A program made the translations under genes and the position numbers. Positions 1-14,022 of a stretch of DNA of 64,000 nt are shown piece after piece (position 1 is the stretch's first letter; every line of letters begins with the position of its first letter). The DNA is from Octopus vulgaris. Its lineage: Eukaryota. Under the pieces are notes generated by a model. The model was not told the origin of the DNA and searched no databases. It saw only the letters and a list, made by a program, of their open reading frames with translations. The DNA lies in assembly GCA_951406725.2 (NCBI GenBank), contig OX597819.1, forward strand, positions 15,376,001 to 15,440,000. The letters run 5' to 3'.

Positions 1-1607
1 CTGCTTTCAGTTGCAACCCTCCCTGAGCTTCCTCACTGGATAAAAACCAACCCTCTTCAAATACCGTTTTCTTTGTTTTTGTTGTTGTTTCAATTCTTAA
101 GTTCACAGTAAGACAAACCTCTATCAGGGTTGGATTTATATATATCGGTCCTTCGTGCACATGCAATTTGCACCACCAGAAAACCCTTTTCTATCTGGTT
201 TTCTTGTCTTTCTCTAGCTGTCTTTTATTATTATTTTTTTTATTGTTACTTTCTTTCTGTTTTAACCCGAGCTGTCAGCCCTCACTTCCTCTCAATTCTG
301 TCTCATTCTGTGTCTATGACCATCTTTCCTACTTAGTTTCTCTCAGTCCCCCTGCATCTCAGCCCCGTCTCTCCCCTGTATATTAGCCTTTCTGACTCTC
401 CCTTACCTGTCATCCTTTTTTCTTCCCTCTTATTTTTTAACTCCCTTATTCCTGCTTGTCTCACTTACGAAACATGCAGACAAGGTGGTGCCACAGCATG
501 GCCGCAGCCCAATAACTGAAGTTAGTAAAATAAAGAACGTGTGTGTGTGTGTGTGTGTGTATATATGTCTATATGTCTATATAACTTTTTTAAGCTCAAA
601 AGAATAAAATTTATATTCCCTTTTTTTTTTTTAAATTTATTTTATGCTAGTTCAGTGTTTGTTTGGTTCTCCTTCCAGCCCCACCTTGTTCTCATCCCCA
701 CCCACCCAGAGATATGGTTATGGAATTAGTTATTTTAATGTTAGTACCTTCAGCTAGTGCCAGGTCAACATTGATAATAAAATCCCGGCATCAGTTAATC
801 TGTTGGGTGGGAGTGAACTGTGGTTGACAAGTCAGCTATTAGGGGGCAGTGTTCTGTGGATGGAGGATGCCATCTGCCTCCATGTAACACAGTCAAACCA
901 TGGATTAATTCACAACAATTTATTTTGATGATAAAATGCACATTCCTAAAATTTGCTTCTGCTTAAAGATACGTCAGTACATGTGTATCTTATAGGCCTA
1001 GCCATGTGGTTGAGAGATTTACTTTGCAAACCATGTTTTGAGTTTTGATTGTGCTGGGCAGTATGCTGACCAAGGGTCTTTTAATGTAGCCTTGTACTGA
1101 TCAATACTTTGTGATTGATTTGCAGAAGATGTAAACTGTGTGGAAGCCAGTCACGTCTGTCCGTGTGTCTGTTCGTTGACCTGTCCAAGTCACGCCAGCC
1201 TGGAAAAGCAGACATAAAAATGTTGATTTAAATAGGTATGTTATGTATTGGTGGTGCAGTGACAACAGAATGGTGAAACTTCACCATTTCATAAGTTACA
1301 GACAAAGATTGCCTAAACTCTCTTGCAACTGATACTAAGAATAGGGTTGCTGGCTAGTTATTGAAACCAGTGAAAGAAAAAAAAAAGGGAGGGGGGGAGA
1401 AAACGATATTTGCACCCATCTGATGCAAGCATCTTGTCTAGCGGGAGATTACTTCCTTGCACTTTTACTTTCATCGTTCTGTCATTGTGTGCACGTGTAC
1501 AAAATGATGACATAGAAGGAAACTATTCCCCAAAACTAAATGCCGAATGATAAGTAATGGGAAATAACTCTGGTTTGTGTGGTCTTGCTGGTGGGGTGGG
1601 GCAGAGC

Positions 1608-1647
<40 letters not shown>

Positions 1648-1686
1648 ATCAAACCTACCAAATTTGCATACACAAATATATATATA

Positions 1687-1730
<44 letters not shown>

Positions 1731-1772
1731 CATACACATATATACATATCGTATATGTGTATATATATATAT

Positions 1773-1984
1773 GTTTGTGTGTCTGTGTTTGTCCCCCTAG
1801 CATTGCTTGACAACCGATGCTGGTGTGTTTACGTCCCCGTCACTTAGCGGTTCGGCAAAAGAGACCAATAGAGTAAGTACTGGGCTTACAAAGAATAAGT
1901 CCCGGTGTCGATTTGCTCGACTAAAGGCGGTGCTCCAGCATGGTCGCAGCCAAATGACTGAAACAAGTAAAAGAGTAAAGAGAG
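1773..1984 (+). mobile_element. SINE family A, 3' half
   Basis: Matches the 3' half of full copies; GTAAAAGA tail. Confidence 0.75.
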
Positions 1985-2646
1985 ATATACAAAATCATTG
2001 TTTCAGATAACTTGTTTTATCTCCATGCCATTCTTAATCAAGGTGTTCCAACCACGATCATCTAGACTGTATTAATTCCTTTACATAGTCAACTACTTTA
2101 TTGTGCCCTTCCTTTTCTGTTTTTTTATCATTATTATTATTATGATGTTAAGATGTAAACTGAGGGAGATTTGGTTACTTTTTCAAGCAAGTCATGAGCA
2201 ACTCCATAGAGATCTGTTGGCAGCTCATCACAGCTCTACAAGTTTTGTTATGTGTGTTTGTTTTGCAACCAGTGCCAGAAGGCAGGGACTCCACTATTCT
2301 ATTTGTTTAGCATTTTAAAAAATTTCATAATCTTGTCTGACACTACGGTCTAGTTTTGGAATCTTTTAAGACCAAACTTCTGTGATAATATATTACAGGG
2401 AATCGCCTACAGGAGTGTGTGTGTATGTGTGTGTATGTGTCTGTGCATGCCTGTCTGTCTGTAGCCAGCAGAATTAATAGCATCGGACCAAATACTAAGC
2501 AGTAGTTGGTTGCATTCCTCTGCAAATATTGTATTCAGGTCCTGGCTTAGTTCTCTTTACTTTTCATTTTTCTAGAGTCAAAATATACATGGGGTTTGAT
2601 GTAGTTGACAATACTCAAAGCAGTGCTGCCACTGTTTAATGACTGA

Positions 2647-2679
<33 letters not shown>

Positions 2680-4201
2680 TAAAATACATACACACACATC
2701 AAAGAAAAGCACGTTTCACATTTATACTCTGTACATGTCTAAAATTTTCTGAGGAGTTTATTAAAATGTTTTCTTCACACCCAGTCTATATTTTTCTTAA
2801 ACTATATCTGGTCGGACCTCAGATTGTTGTTCAGCTGTTTTAATCCATAACTATTCAGGCTGCTGCTCCTCTTCTTTGTTATTACTACTTTTCCTCCTGT
2901 TGTTATTGTTATAAGGAATGCTTCACACAGTGATCAGTTGTACTAATTGGTAAACAGCAGTACCAGTTGAGTGAACCAAATGCCTTGTAGTTTGTAGTCA
3001 TGTCCTGCTATTTTTTGTGTTTAAATTCCATTAGTGTCTACTTTGCCTTTCATCTTTCCGTGGTGGATGACATAAACACAGTCAAGGAATGGATCAATTT
3101 AGTTGACTGGCTTCTTTCCCCTTCAGAAATTTATGGCCTTATGTAAGAAATTATAGAAGAGCATAATACATTGGACAAAATGCCTTGCAGTGTTTAGTTC
3201 TGGCTTTTACTTGTTCTGAGTTCAAATCTTACTGAGGTAAACTTTGCCTTTCACCTTTCCAGAGTTGTTAAATACCAGTAGAACTGATTATGCCCCACCT
3301 TTTTTTTCTTTTTTTTTTCTTTTGTCTATGTAAGAGCAAAGCTAGTAGTAAGGACATTACAAATCCTTAAAGTATTTAGGTATGTCCCTTTGAATTGAGT
3401 GAGTGACAAACAAAATGAGGCGTTTATTTCTATCTCTACATTAGGAGTTCAAATCTCTCTTGGGTCATTGTTTCCTTTTATTTTCCCAACAATCACGCTA
3501 GCCTAATCTTGCACCTTTATCCCATCCTTTGGCTCTGTACCCAGGGTGGATGCTAAAACCAATTCTAATAGACTTTTTTCTTTTATGTCTCTTTGCTGTC
3601 TGCATTGGAATCAATCTAATAAAGACTAGCATTAATCTAAAGCACCTTATCCCTCCCTCGCAAGATGTCTCAACCATTGAAGACTGTGCTGTAGTAGAAA
3701 TGGTAGTTATAGCTTGCAGTGTTTAGTTATGTTTTGCATTCAAATCCCTCCATGACCAACACTAATTTTCCTACTTCTTGACTCATTAAATCAAACGACC
3801 TGTTGAAAGACTATCTCCTCTCCCGAAAATGTGTGGCCTTGTTTCTATGTTGGAAATAATTGTTATTAGTTTGGAGGTAGTTTTGATGATGCTGAGATAG
3901 AGAGAGAGAGGGTCGCCAGGAAGACAACTTCAGCTGATGTCTTTGTGCTGTGCAGTTGAATTGATGTTTTAAATATGGATTGGCCTGATTAGTTTTGGTC
4001 CTGTCTTGGACAACTCATCAGAGACTGCCCATCTGCCTCACTCTGTCGACAAAGACTGTAACAATAGTCGTTAATTACAAGAATTTCACCAAACTAGGTT
4101 ATCTAATTAACATAATTAGTGCTCTGCTGGAAGCTAGATTAGTAATTTTGAGTTTACCTTCTTGGATTTACCTGTGGCTGTTTATTCTTATAAATGTCTC
4201 A

Positions 4202-4204
<3 letters not shown>

Positions 4205-4251
<47 letters not shown>
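4205..4251. repeat. (CT)n microsatellite
   Basis: Seen directly. Confidence 0.95.
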
Positions 4252-4254
<3 letters not shown>

Positions 4255-5813
4255 CTAATATTAAGACCTTTAGATGTTTGTAGTAAACAACTTTCTCTGT
4301 TTTACATTCTAAATTCAAATCTCATGGAGAGACAGGTTACTTTCCATCCTTTTGGCGTTTGATAAAGCTAATTATCAGTGATAATCATTTGACCTTGTGC
4401 CTCGTTAAAACAGATCCCAGAAATATTAAACAAAGAAGACCAACACTAAACAACAAGTGTTGGACACAAGAAAAAAAAAAATGTATTTCAATAGTTTTAT
4501 CTCATTTCGTTAGATCAAATAAAAGTGCAACTTTGGTGGGGCATTTGTTTTTGTATAATAATAATATTAATGATAATGATGATAATAAAAGCAGTACAGT
4601 TGGTGATATCATGATGCTCTTTGCCTTTGATAAGAATGTTTGTTCTCTTTTTTTTATTTTAACCCCTATTGCAATGTGATGGAGGTGTGGTTGAAAGCCA
4701 AAATCTAGAAGATTCTGATGTCAATAAACAATCTACACACACACACACACAGGTACACCTTTTTACTTTAAAACAAAACTTTTAATCTTGATCTATAAAA
4801 AACAAAAGCAACAACAACACTATATATTATTATTATTATTATTATTAAAAGGGATTTGTTTGTTTTTGTTAAATTCTATTTTAAGTTGATTTAATTCTAT
4901 TGTTGGTTAAAAAAAAAAAGTTTTTTTTTTCTTCTTCTTCTTTGTCTCCCACCTCCTTCTTTTGTCATTTTTTCATTCTTAATTTTAAATCCTTCACTGT
5001 TTCCTCTTGTGTTCTTACATTCCACCTTTTTTCTGTTTTTTTCCTCTCATCTAATCTTGATTTTTGCTCTCTGCAACACTGATGGACAAAATTGTCAGGG
5101 CAGCAGAGAATGTATATTTATTTTATTACAAATTTAACTTAAAATTCCTCAATAAATATTTAGATATATTTTGAGGATTTTAAGTGACTGTCTTGAAGGT
5201 TGACATGAAATTTATGATTGGTTGGTGCTGGATATGGTTCTTAAAGGGGTCTCTCCACCCTACCAAATCTTTCATTTACATAATTTTTTTTTTTAAACCC
5301 TTTTTTTTTTTTGTTTTCATTTAATTCTTACAATTATATCTCAATAAAACACATGTATGCCTCATTCTTTCTCCTCTATTATTAACTTCTATCTCTTGCG
5401 TGTTCCCCAACCTCTTTCTTTCCCCTGACTCCCCCCCTCCCCCATAACCAGGCTGTTGAATAAAAAACAAGTTACATGGATTCATTTGTCTGCTGCTACT
5501 TTTTTTTTTTTTTTTGTTGGTGTGTCAGTTGTCTGTTTCTTCTGACTCCACTTCCAAATTGAACACCAAATTTCTTCCTTTTTTCCTTTCTCGTACACTC
5601 CCACAGCCCATTGCCTCCTTCTTGTCATCAAACAAACATGTTGCTTCCCCTTCCCCCAAAACCCTCTACTACAACTACCACCACCACCCACGGTTTTCAA
5701 TAACAACAACAATAATAATAATAATAATGATGATGATGATGTTAAATATTCATTGAAACTGATTGGGTGGAAAGAGGAAAGCTGTTGCAGGTTGGTATAA
5801 TATATATATAAAC

Positions 5814-6046
5814 GGCGGCGAGTTGGTAGAAACGTTAGCACGCCGGGCGAAATGCCTGGCGGTATTTCGTCTGCCGTTACGTTCTGAGTTCAAATTCCGC
5901 CGAGGTCGACTTTGCCTTTCATCCGTTCGGGGTGGATAAATTAAGTACCAGTTACGCGCTGGGGTCGATGTGATCGACTTAATACCTATGTCTATCCTTG
6001 TTTGTCCTCTCTATGTTTAGCCCCTTGTGGGTAATAAAGAAATAGG

Positions 6047-6047
<1 letters not shown>
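5814..6047 (+). mobile_element. tRNA-derived SINE family B (about 230 bp)
   Basis: GGCGGCGAG head, B-box GAGTTCAAATTCC, core GCCTTTCATCC..GGGG..GATAAATTAAGTACCAG; more than 10 copies in the window. Confidence 0.8.
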
Positions 6048-6093
<46 letters not shown>

Positions 6094-7572
6094 CACAAGC
6101 ACATATATACACACACCTGCACACACACACACACAAGAAATTGGTGAGGAAAGTGGATGGCTAAACAAAATTTCAGGTAACTGACTTGAAAGTTATCAAG
6201 TATTGTTTTTAAAAATAAAAGAACAAAGTCATAACAAAATGAAAAAAAAATACAAAAAAAAAACAACCCAATTCTCTCTTAATTATTGTTATATCAATGA
6301 AGTAAAATAAAAATGGACATGAAAACAGTGACTACTTTGTTGTTGTTGTTGTTTTAGCCCTAGGCGTCAACAGATAGGTGTTTATCCAGTCTTTCCCAAA
6401 GACATTGTAAGCTTGAATCATGTCACTCAATCTACACCTTCTTTTACCTCTTGAAAGTACTAGGGTGCAATTTTTTTTGCTGAATTGGCTGAATGACCAT
6501 ATAGCAGCTTGTAGCAAATGATAGAGTAATGTCAATCACAATACCTTGTGATAGTTTCTGGCTGAGTTAAAATCCAGGATCAAATTTATTTTCTGGTAAT
6601 ATTAATATTATTAAATTTGGTTGCCTAAGAGATTATTATGCTTCGGACAGCACTGCTGTATTTTTTTATTATTTTTTTTAAAGAAAATAGAAATTAACTC
6701 AATAGTCTATCGGAATAAATTCAAATAAATCAAGGAAGGGTCAATATTGTGAATGACATAGAAAAAATTTAGATGTTTAGGAAGCAAGGTGATAGCTACA
6801 GACATGGTTCAGTCTTACTGGAATTTATCACCAAAGCAAAGTGAAAATCCAGATGGTATTTAGCCTTCCGTTGGTTCAACAGACGAAATCATCTGGAGGA
6901 TTTCATCTGTTTTGGCAGTGAAGAAGTACAACCGCCAGGAATAAATATACTGGATTTATGAACTGCCTTGGTGGCGAGCCTACAACTGAATTTAAGACAT
7001 TCTAGTAGCTATGATCTTCCAGTTCTTTTAAGCTTTCTGTTTCTAGTATTACATTACGCAATGTATCATCACCATTTTGAAGATGGTAGGTGTAATTGCT
7101 TTAAGAGGTTGAACAACTGCACAAAGGTTTCCTTGTTAACTTAAAGTTTTTGTATTTTGAGTGAAAGCTCTTTGTTACATTAAAGTTGTTTAGTCCCAGG
7201 TCAGTCCTGACTAATGACTAAAGATGTTCCAGCTGTTAAAACCTTTCCTTTTGTTCAGTCACAGAACACTCAGGACAACATTGGAGCAGTATGTGATTTT
7301 AAGGAGCTTTGACTGCTATTTCCAGCTAGTGTAACGGTAACATAGTGGTTCTGAGTCACAGGGAAGTTTATCAAGTTCATAAAGTGTCTTGAGATGCAAA
7401 ATCTCCGTTCTATTTTCTTACAAATCTACCAGCACAAAGAGATTAAGCTGAAGTGTGAAAACGGTCAAAGAGCTTTTAAGGTACTTCATTGTTCATAGCA
7501 AATATGTTAAGTTGAGCAAAATTCTAAAGACTTCATACCAAAATTGGTATGAAATCATCTAAAACCATATAC

Positions 7573-7632
<60 letters not shown>

Positions 7633-7687
7633 AGATATACTTGCATAGCGAGTGACTTGATCTGAGATTGTGTGCTGGAACGAAAAC

Positions 7688-7883
7688 AATTGCAGCGTGG
7701 AAGGTGTTTATAAGCCATTTAAGAAACACACAAAACCCGTTAGATTCACTTCAACATTTAAATTGTCAGGGAACAAGTCGCGGTCTCAAAGCAACGAAAA
7801 TATTTTGACAAATCAAATTTAAATGTTGAAGTAAATCTAACAACGGTTTTTGTGTTTCTTAAACACCTTCCATGCTGCAATTG
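7688..7883. repeat. Foldback element
   Basis: CAATTGCAGC..ACATTTAAATT pairs with AATTTAAATGT..GCTGCAATTG. Confidence 0.75.
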
Positions 7884-8290
7884 TATATATATATATCTTT
7901 GGACAGTTCAACATTTTGGAATGGAAACTTTTCCTCTCCAAACTAAATCCTTCATAGGATTTGAAAATGTCTACAAAGTACACGAAATCCATACAAGTGC
8001 TCCTACAGCTGGCTGGTACAAAGCTGTACTTTACTGAAGATACCTAATCAAGTGGTGAACAAATTATTTTCAGCTATTCAGACCAAGCAGTTTCAGGTCA
8101 CTCCCCGTATTCCTGGATCACAGTACATCAACAATGATGTGATCTGAAACACTGAATCGTTACTGGGTCAGCCTCTTAACAAGTTGTCTCTCAGCCCTGG
8201 TTTCTTTAAAGGGTCTTTTAGAGGAGGAAGTCGAGTGCAATGTGACAAACACTGTTTAGTGAGGTGGTAAATGATGTAATGTTGCTAAGG

Positions 8291-8663
8291 GTGGAGGCGC
8301 AATGGCCCAGTAGTTAGGGCAGCGGACTCACGGTTTCGATTCCCAGACCGGGCGTTGTGAGTGTTTATTGAGCGAAAACACCTAAAAGCTCCATGAGGCT
8401 CCAGCAGGGGATGGTGGTGATCCCTGCTGTACTCTTTAACCACAACTTTCTCTTACTTCCTGTTTCTGTTGTACCTGTATTTCAAAGGGCCGGCCTTGTC
8501 ACTCTCTGTGTCACGCTGAATATCCCCAAGAATTACGTTAAGGGTACAGGTGTCTGTGGAGTGCTCAGCCACTTACACGTTAATTTCACGAGCAGGCTGT
8601 TCCGTTGATTCGGATCAACCGGAACCCTCGTCGTCGTAACCGACGGAGTGCTTCCATCCATCC
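8291..8663 (+). mobile_element. tRNA-derived SINE family D with 22-bp TSD
   Basis: A/B-box-like head, (TCCA)n tail; TSD AAATGATGTAATGTTGCTAAGG at 8269-8290 and 8664-8685. Confidence 0.85.
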
Positions 8664-8785
8664 AAATGATGTAATGTTGCTAAGGCCCCTGGTAGTAGTA
8701 TACCTGGGTTAGTAAGAGTCAGGATGAAGAACATCAAGAAATACGAAGACATGATAAAATTGACTGCAACATTTATTCCGCTATA

Positions 8786-9172
8786 GGCGTAGGAGTGGCT
8801 GTGTGGTAAGTAGCTTGCTTACCAACCACATGGTCCGGGTTCAGTCACACTGCATGGCACCTTGGGCAAGTGTTTTCTACTATAGCCTTAGGCCGACCAA
8901 AACCTTCTGAGTGGATTTGGTAGAAGGAAACTGAAAGAAGCCCGTCGTATATATATATATGTGTGTGTATGTTTGTGTGTCTGCGTTTGTCCCCCCAACA
9001 TCGCTTGACAACTGATGCTGGTGTGTCTATGTCCCTGTAACTTAGCGGTTTGGCAAAAGAAGCCGATAGAATAAGTACTAGGCTTACAAAGAATAAGTCC
9101 TGGGGGTCGATTTGCTCGACTAAAGGCGGTGCTCCAGCATGACCACAGTCTAATGACTGAAACAAGTAAAAG
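8786..9172 (+). mobile_element. tRNA-derived SINE family A (about 400 bp, internal TA/TG microsatellite)
   Basis: A-box TGGCTGTGTGG, B-box-like GGTTCAGTC; many copies in the window. Confidence 0.82.
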
Positions 9173-10772
9173 GAAATACAGTGACTGGTATAACATGGAT
9201 AAATCTATCAAAATCTGTAATTTCAAAGTGCTGCTTAAAGAGGAAGATGAACGTTGGAAAAAAACACCAAGCGTGGATGGCATCAAGGAATCCTGCTACA
9301 ATTGTCTCCTCACTCAAGCAGCAAAATGGAATAAAACTGCTCTCATGTCGAAGATCCAAACTCACTTGTTGCAACTCACCTCTCTAAGGAATTAGTAGGG
9401 AGAAGCTTCCCCTAAATAGCTAATGTTGGGATGCTTGACTAGTCGATCATGTTAAGGGGTGGACAGCCTGCATAAAGCTAGGTGGACTGGACCATCAAGG
9501 GATGAACCAAAACGGGTACCTAAAGGTAAAGAGGCCTAAATGCGGATACCTAAAGGTAAAGAGTGAACATGCTTCTGCTACAACTGAAATTGTAGTCTTC
9601 TTTTTCTAAAAGATATTCATAATTAAACAAATAATAAAAAGGAAACGGTTATTGAAATGCTAAAATATTTTCTGCTATGAAGTAAGGAAAGCAAAATTGG
9701 CAAGGAAGAATTCTTGTTGCTTAGCCCTAGGTCACCCTTGATTGAGTAGATTTTTGATCATCCCATTTTATTTCCAAATATTGTAACCAGGACTGCATGA
9801 TTCGACGTGTTCTTTTTTATAGACAGTAGAGTATGATTTGGTTGTTATTTCTAGCAGGTTGAGCTACTGTAGACGTTCCCTCGTTCGTTGAGAAGAGTTG
9901 CTGTGTCAAAATGGGGTCGGAGGTAAAGAATATGCACCACCACCCGTTTTCGGTGAAACAAAAACCTTGACCCTAAACACCGGGTGTGCGTATTCTTTAC
10001 CTTCGCCAAAATGGGATTTGTTTGCATTACAACTTATTTGTTATGTCGTGTGTGTTATTCAATAATTCTGGCAATTGTGGAGATGAAATACAACTGGAAA
10101 TAGCGGTGATACTCGTCTGCAACAGTCACTTGTTTAACATATTTTTTAAACACAAGTTTGTTGGTATTTCGGCCAGTAGACCTGTTTATTGGGAAATTAG
10201 AGCGGAAACGAACGCAGTTGTGTGAGAGAGGAAGAGAAATTAGGTTTCAGATTTTGACGACGACGTCAGAACATCGTTTGAGGTCGGCGTTAAGGACGCA
10301 TTTCTTCAAAGGATTTTAAAAAACAACAAAACAAACTTCAAGAATTTTTTTTTTTTTTTTTTTCGAATTCCTGTAGACATGAAAATCTCATTGATGATCG
10401 GAAGAGATTGAAGAAAAAAAAAGGGTGCCTGAAAATAAAAAGGTTTTCTGAGTTGAAATTTGTGATAAAATGTGAGTGCTGAATTTTCATTTTGTTCAAG
10501 GACCTCCTGGAAATGTAGAATAAAACAAAACACTATTATTTTGCAGTTATTTAACGTCTTGAATCAACGAAAAAAATATGTACACATCCATACACACACA
10601 CACACACACGTTTCTTGAGAATATCTCGTAAAACAACTGATTCAAAGAATGACTTCTGAATGCCAAGTGTTTGGCAAAAATAGAATAAATTTATAATTTT
10701 ACGGGCACCTATCCCTTCATTTGAAAGAAATCGGCACCCCCTGACAGGGAAATATTAACCTCGAAGATAAAG

Positions 10773-11363
10773 ATGCACGCGATGGCATTTGTCGACCAGC
10801 TGAATGTTTCCTCTGACAACATCACTGATCAGGAACCAGGAATTAAAGAATTCCGACTTGCAATGATGTTTGCAAAAGTTTCAGTTACTTTGTTGTTTTT
10901 GGGAATAATTATCACCTGGTTGGAATGGAATATCATATTCTGGGAATCGATCACAGGTCCGTTTCTGTTGCTTTTGTCATTTCTAATGTTGATAGTGTCA
11001 GTTAAACAGTTTTTGATCGCGAAAAAACGTAGAGAAGAAACAGTTTGTCCGATCGACGAAAACGGTGGAAATCGTGTCGAAGATGGAAGCAACAACATAG
11101 AGACTATTCACAATAACATTGATACAAATTGGTCTTCAGCTGGCGTAGCAGAACTGCCCTCCTACCAAGAAGTGTTACAGAGTATCTATTGTCCACTGTC
11201 AAGAACTGATCCGCCTTACGATTCTTTACCTCCTTCTTATGATCAAGTTGTCTCAATGATGCTGGCCCACGATCAGTTGATGATGGGCGTTGCAGCATCA
11301 AGTGACGTTACAATGGAATTGCCTGGACAGGAATCAGAAAAACCTTCAGTTGAGCCCACATGA
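10773..11363 (+). CDS. Intronless 196-aa membrane protein: two TM helices, basic cytoplasmic stop-transfer, tail with LPSY/PPSY (PY) motifs
   Basis: Long non-repeat ORF. Hydrophobic segments LAMMFAKVSVTLLFLGIIITWL and ITGPFLLLLSFLMLIVSV are followed by KKRRE. Tail has ELPSYQEV and LPPSYDQVV. AATAAA at 11561-11566. Confidence 0.8.
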   Translation: MHAMAFVDQLNVSSDNITDQEPGIKEFRLAMMFAKVSVTLLFLGIIITWLEWNIIFWESITGPFLLLLSFLMLIVSVKQFLIAKKRREETVCPIDENGGNRVEDGSNNIETIHNNIDTNWSSAGVAELPSYQEVLQSIYCPLSRTDPPYDSLPPSYDQVVSMMLAHDQLMMGVAASSDVTMELPGQESEKPSVEPT

Positions 11364-12477
11364 TTTTGTGTTCTTAAAAGCAGTCGTTTAATATCAAACA
11401 TTTATACTTTCTTTAAACCATACATCCGGTAACTATTGTTTGTTTTTCAACGCGTTCGACGAATATACATTTGATAATTTTATCATTAATTTGTTGATAT
11501 CGGTGCTTTTAGCAATCTTGCCTCAGTTGATTTTGTTGTAAATATAGGACATAACACAACAATAAAGTAAGTATATATAAATATATATATATATAATGTT
11601 CTATTAATTTTCTACGTATTATCAGAAGTGTAAACCTCTGCCGCCTAAATTATTTACAATAGATTAATGTTTGCGCAGCATCAGATCTCTTCTAAAGATC
11701 GTAGCTACAAGTCTAAACGGGAATGGTAATTCGTGTGTGTGTATGAGAGAGAAAGAGAGAAGTAATGAGTTTTATTTAGAACATTCATAAAAGAAAAGGA
11801 AAAAGGTTAAAGTTAAACATGTTTGTGGAAGCTGTGTTTTTGATTCGTTGTTAGTTGATATTAGATGGGTTGCGTGTGAAGACCAGGATAAAGCACACTA
11901 ATATTTTATTAAACCCGCATCGCTTATATTTACATGCGTACAAATAAATAATTAAATTGAACAATCGACATAATAGTGAGGAAATATGCGTAATACATGT
12001 TAAGATAAATTTACGAAAGTAGTTCATAGTTCTTGAAGACGAAATAAGTAGGAGTTATAAATAACTGCACATAATGGGTGTGTTTTTCGACATAATTATT
12101 CTACGTTGGTACCTTTTATTGAACACATCATTAATATATATGTATAAAGAAAAAAAAAGGCGAAAAAGCGCGATAGAAGCAGCTCATTGAACAGAGAAAA
12201 TACGTTGTTTCGTATGGAGATCGTCAAAATTTTCACTATTTTTGATCAAGTTTTTTTGGCGGGGAAAATTCGTATACTTTTTTTGAAGTTCTACGGATCA
12301 ACCATAATACGTGATCCAGTGCTGATTGGTCGGGCGATATTTGCGTAGGCGTTATGCCTTATACGGCGGTGGTGCGGGCGATCGTGGTTTTGAGCTGGGG
12401 AAATCTGAGAGTGCTGGTTCAAAACTCACAAGGAGTTGCGCTACAGAAGATAAATGTGTGTGTGTATATATATATAC

Positions 12478-12532
<55 letters not shown>

Positions 12533-12550
12533 CACATATATATATATATT

Positions 12551-12583
<33 letters not shown>

Positions 12584-12950
12584 AGGAGTGGCTGTGTGGT
12601 GAGTAGCTTGCCTACCAACCACATGGCTCCTGGTTCAGTTTCACTGCGTGGCACCTTGGGCAAGTGTCTTCTACTATAACCTTGGGCCGACAAATGTCTT
12701 GTGAGTGGATTTGGTAGACGGAAACTGAAAGAAGCCCGTCGTATATATGTATATGTATATATGTGTCTGTCCCCCCAACATCGCTTAACAAGCGATGGTG
12801 TGTTTACGTCCCCGTAACTTAGCGGTTCGCAAAAGAGACCGATAGAATAAGTACTAGGCTTACAAAGAATAAGTCCTGGGGTCGATTTCCTCGACTAAAG
12901 GCGGTGCTCCAGCATGGCCGCAGTCAAATGACTGAAACAAGTAAAAGAGA
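12584..12950 (+). mobile_element. SINE family A
   Basis: Homology to other copies. Confidence 0.8.
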
Positions 12951-13330
12951 TATCATTATCACCGTTTAACGTCTGCTTTCCATGCTGGCATGGGTTGGAT
13001 ACTTTGACTGAGGGCTGCACCTGAGCCAGAGGTTAGACTAGGCTCAATCTGATCTGGCAAAGTTTCTACACCTGGATGTCCTTCCTAATGCCAACCATTA
13101 GTGGGTGCTTTTACGTGCCACCGGCACAAGGGCCAGTCAGGCGGTTCTGGCAACGACCACGCTCAAAGGTGTTTTTACGTGCTACCTACACGCGAGCCAG
13201 TCCGGCGGCACTGGCAACGACTACGCTCGAATGTTGTTTTTCACGTGCCACCGGTATACATATATATATATGTATATTTATATATATATATTCCTCTGTC
13301 TTCCCTTCTCTGGATCTTTCCTTCTCCTAT

Positions 13331-13365
13331 GTTTCCGACGAAAAGCTCCGCTCGAAACGTTAAAC
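13331..13365 (+). ncRNA. Minimal type-I hammerhead ribozyme-like motif
   Basis: GUUU CCGACGA A AAGC-UCC-GCUC GAAA CG UU AAAC. Confidence 0.45.
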
Positions 13366-13454
13366 CCTCCATTCCTGAGCGTCCAATAATACTATATTTG
13401 TTCCACGTCCTCGCGTTGTTGTGTTTTTTTGTGCTTTCATGTTTGGATTAATTT

Positions 13455-13612
13455 TATATATGTATGTATATGTGTATGTATATATATATATGTATGTATA
13501 TATATATATATGTGTATGTATATATGTGTGTATGTATATATGTATGTATGTATATATATATATGTGTATGTATATATGTATGTATATATATGTGTGTATG
13601 TATGTGTATGTA

Positions 13613-13686
<74 letters not shown>
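13455..13686. repeat. (TA)n/(TATG)n microsatellite
   Basis: Seen directly. Confidence 0.95.
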
Positions 13687-13886
13687 ATCTGGTAAAATCT
13701 GGCGTGTGATTGAGTGGATTTATATATATATGGATTTTTTATGTAGTAAATTATAATATATATGTATGTATATATATATCTGTATTTTTGTTATATATAT
13801 ATATATATGTATGTGATATCGTATATATATGTATTTTCGTGGTTGAAACCTTATATATATATGTAGAGTAGCAATATATATACTCT

Positions 13887-13923
<37 letters not shown>

Positions 13924-14022
13924 CGATAAGATCGTTATTTAAAATACCGATCATATCAAGTGGCTAGCATGGGAATAAAATCTTCGTAGGTAATAATTAT
14001 TATTAAAATTATGATAAAGAGT

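Noticed and set aside
13421-13709. YI/VC-rich ORFs (also at 1.5, 12.4, 16.0, 27.7 and 47.7 kb)
   Set aside because: Translations of TA/TG/AGAT microsatellites.
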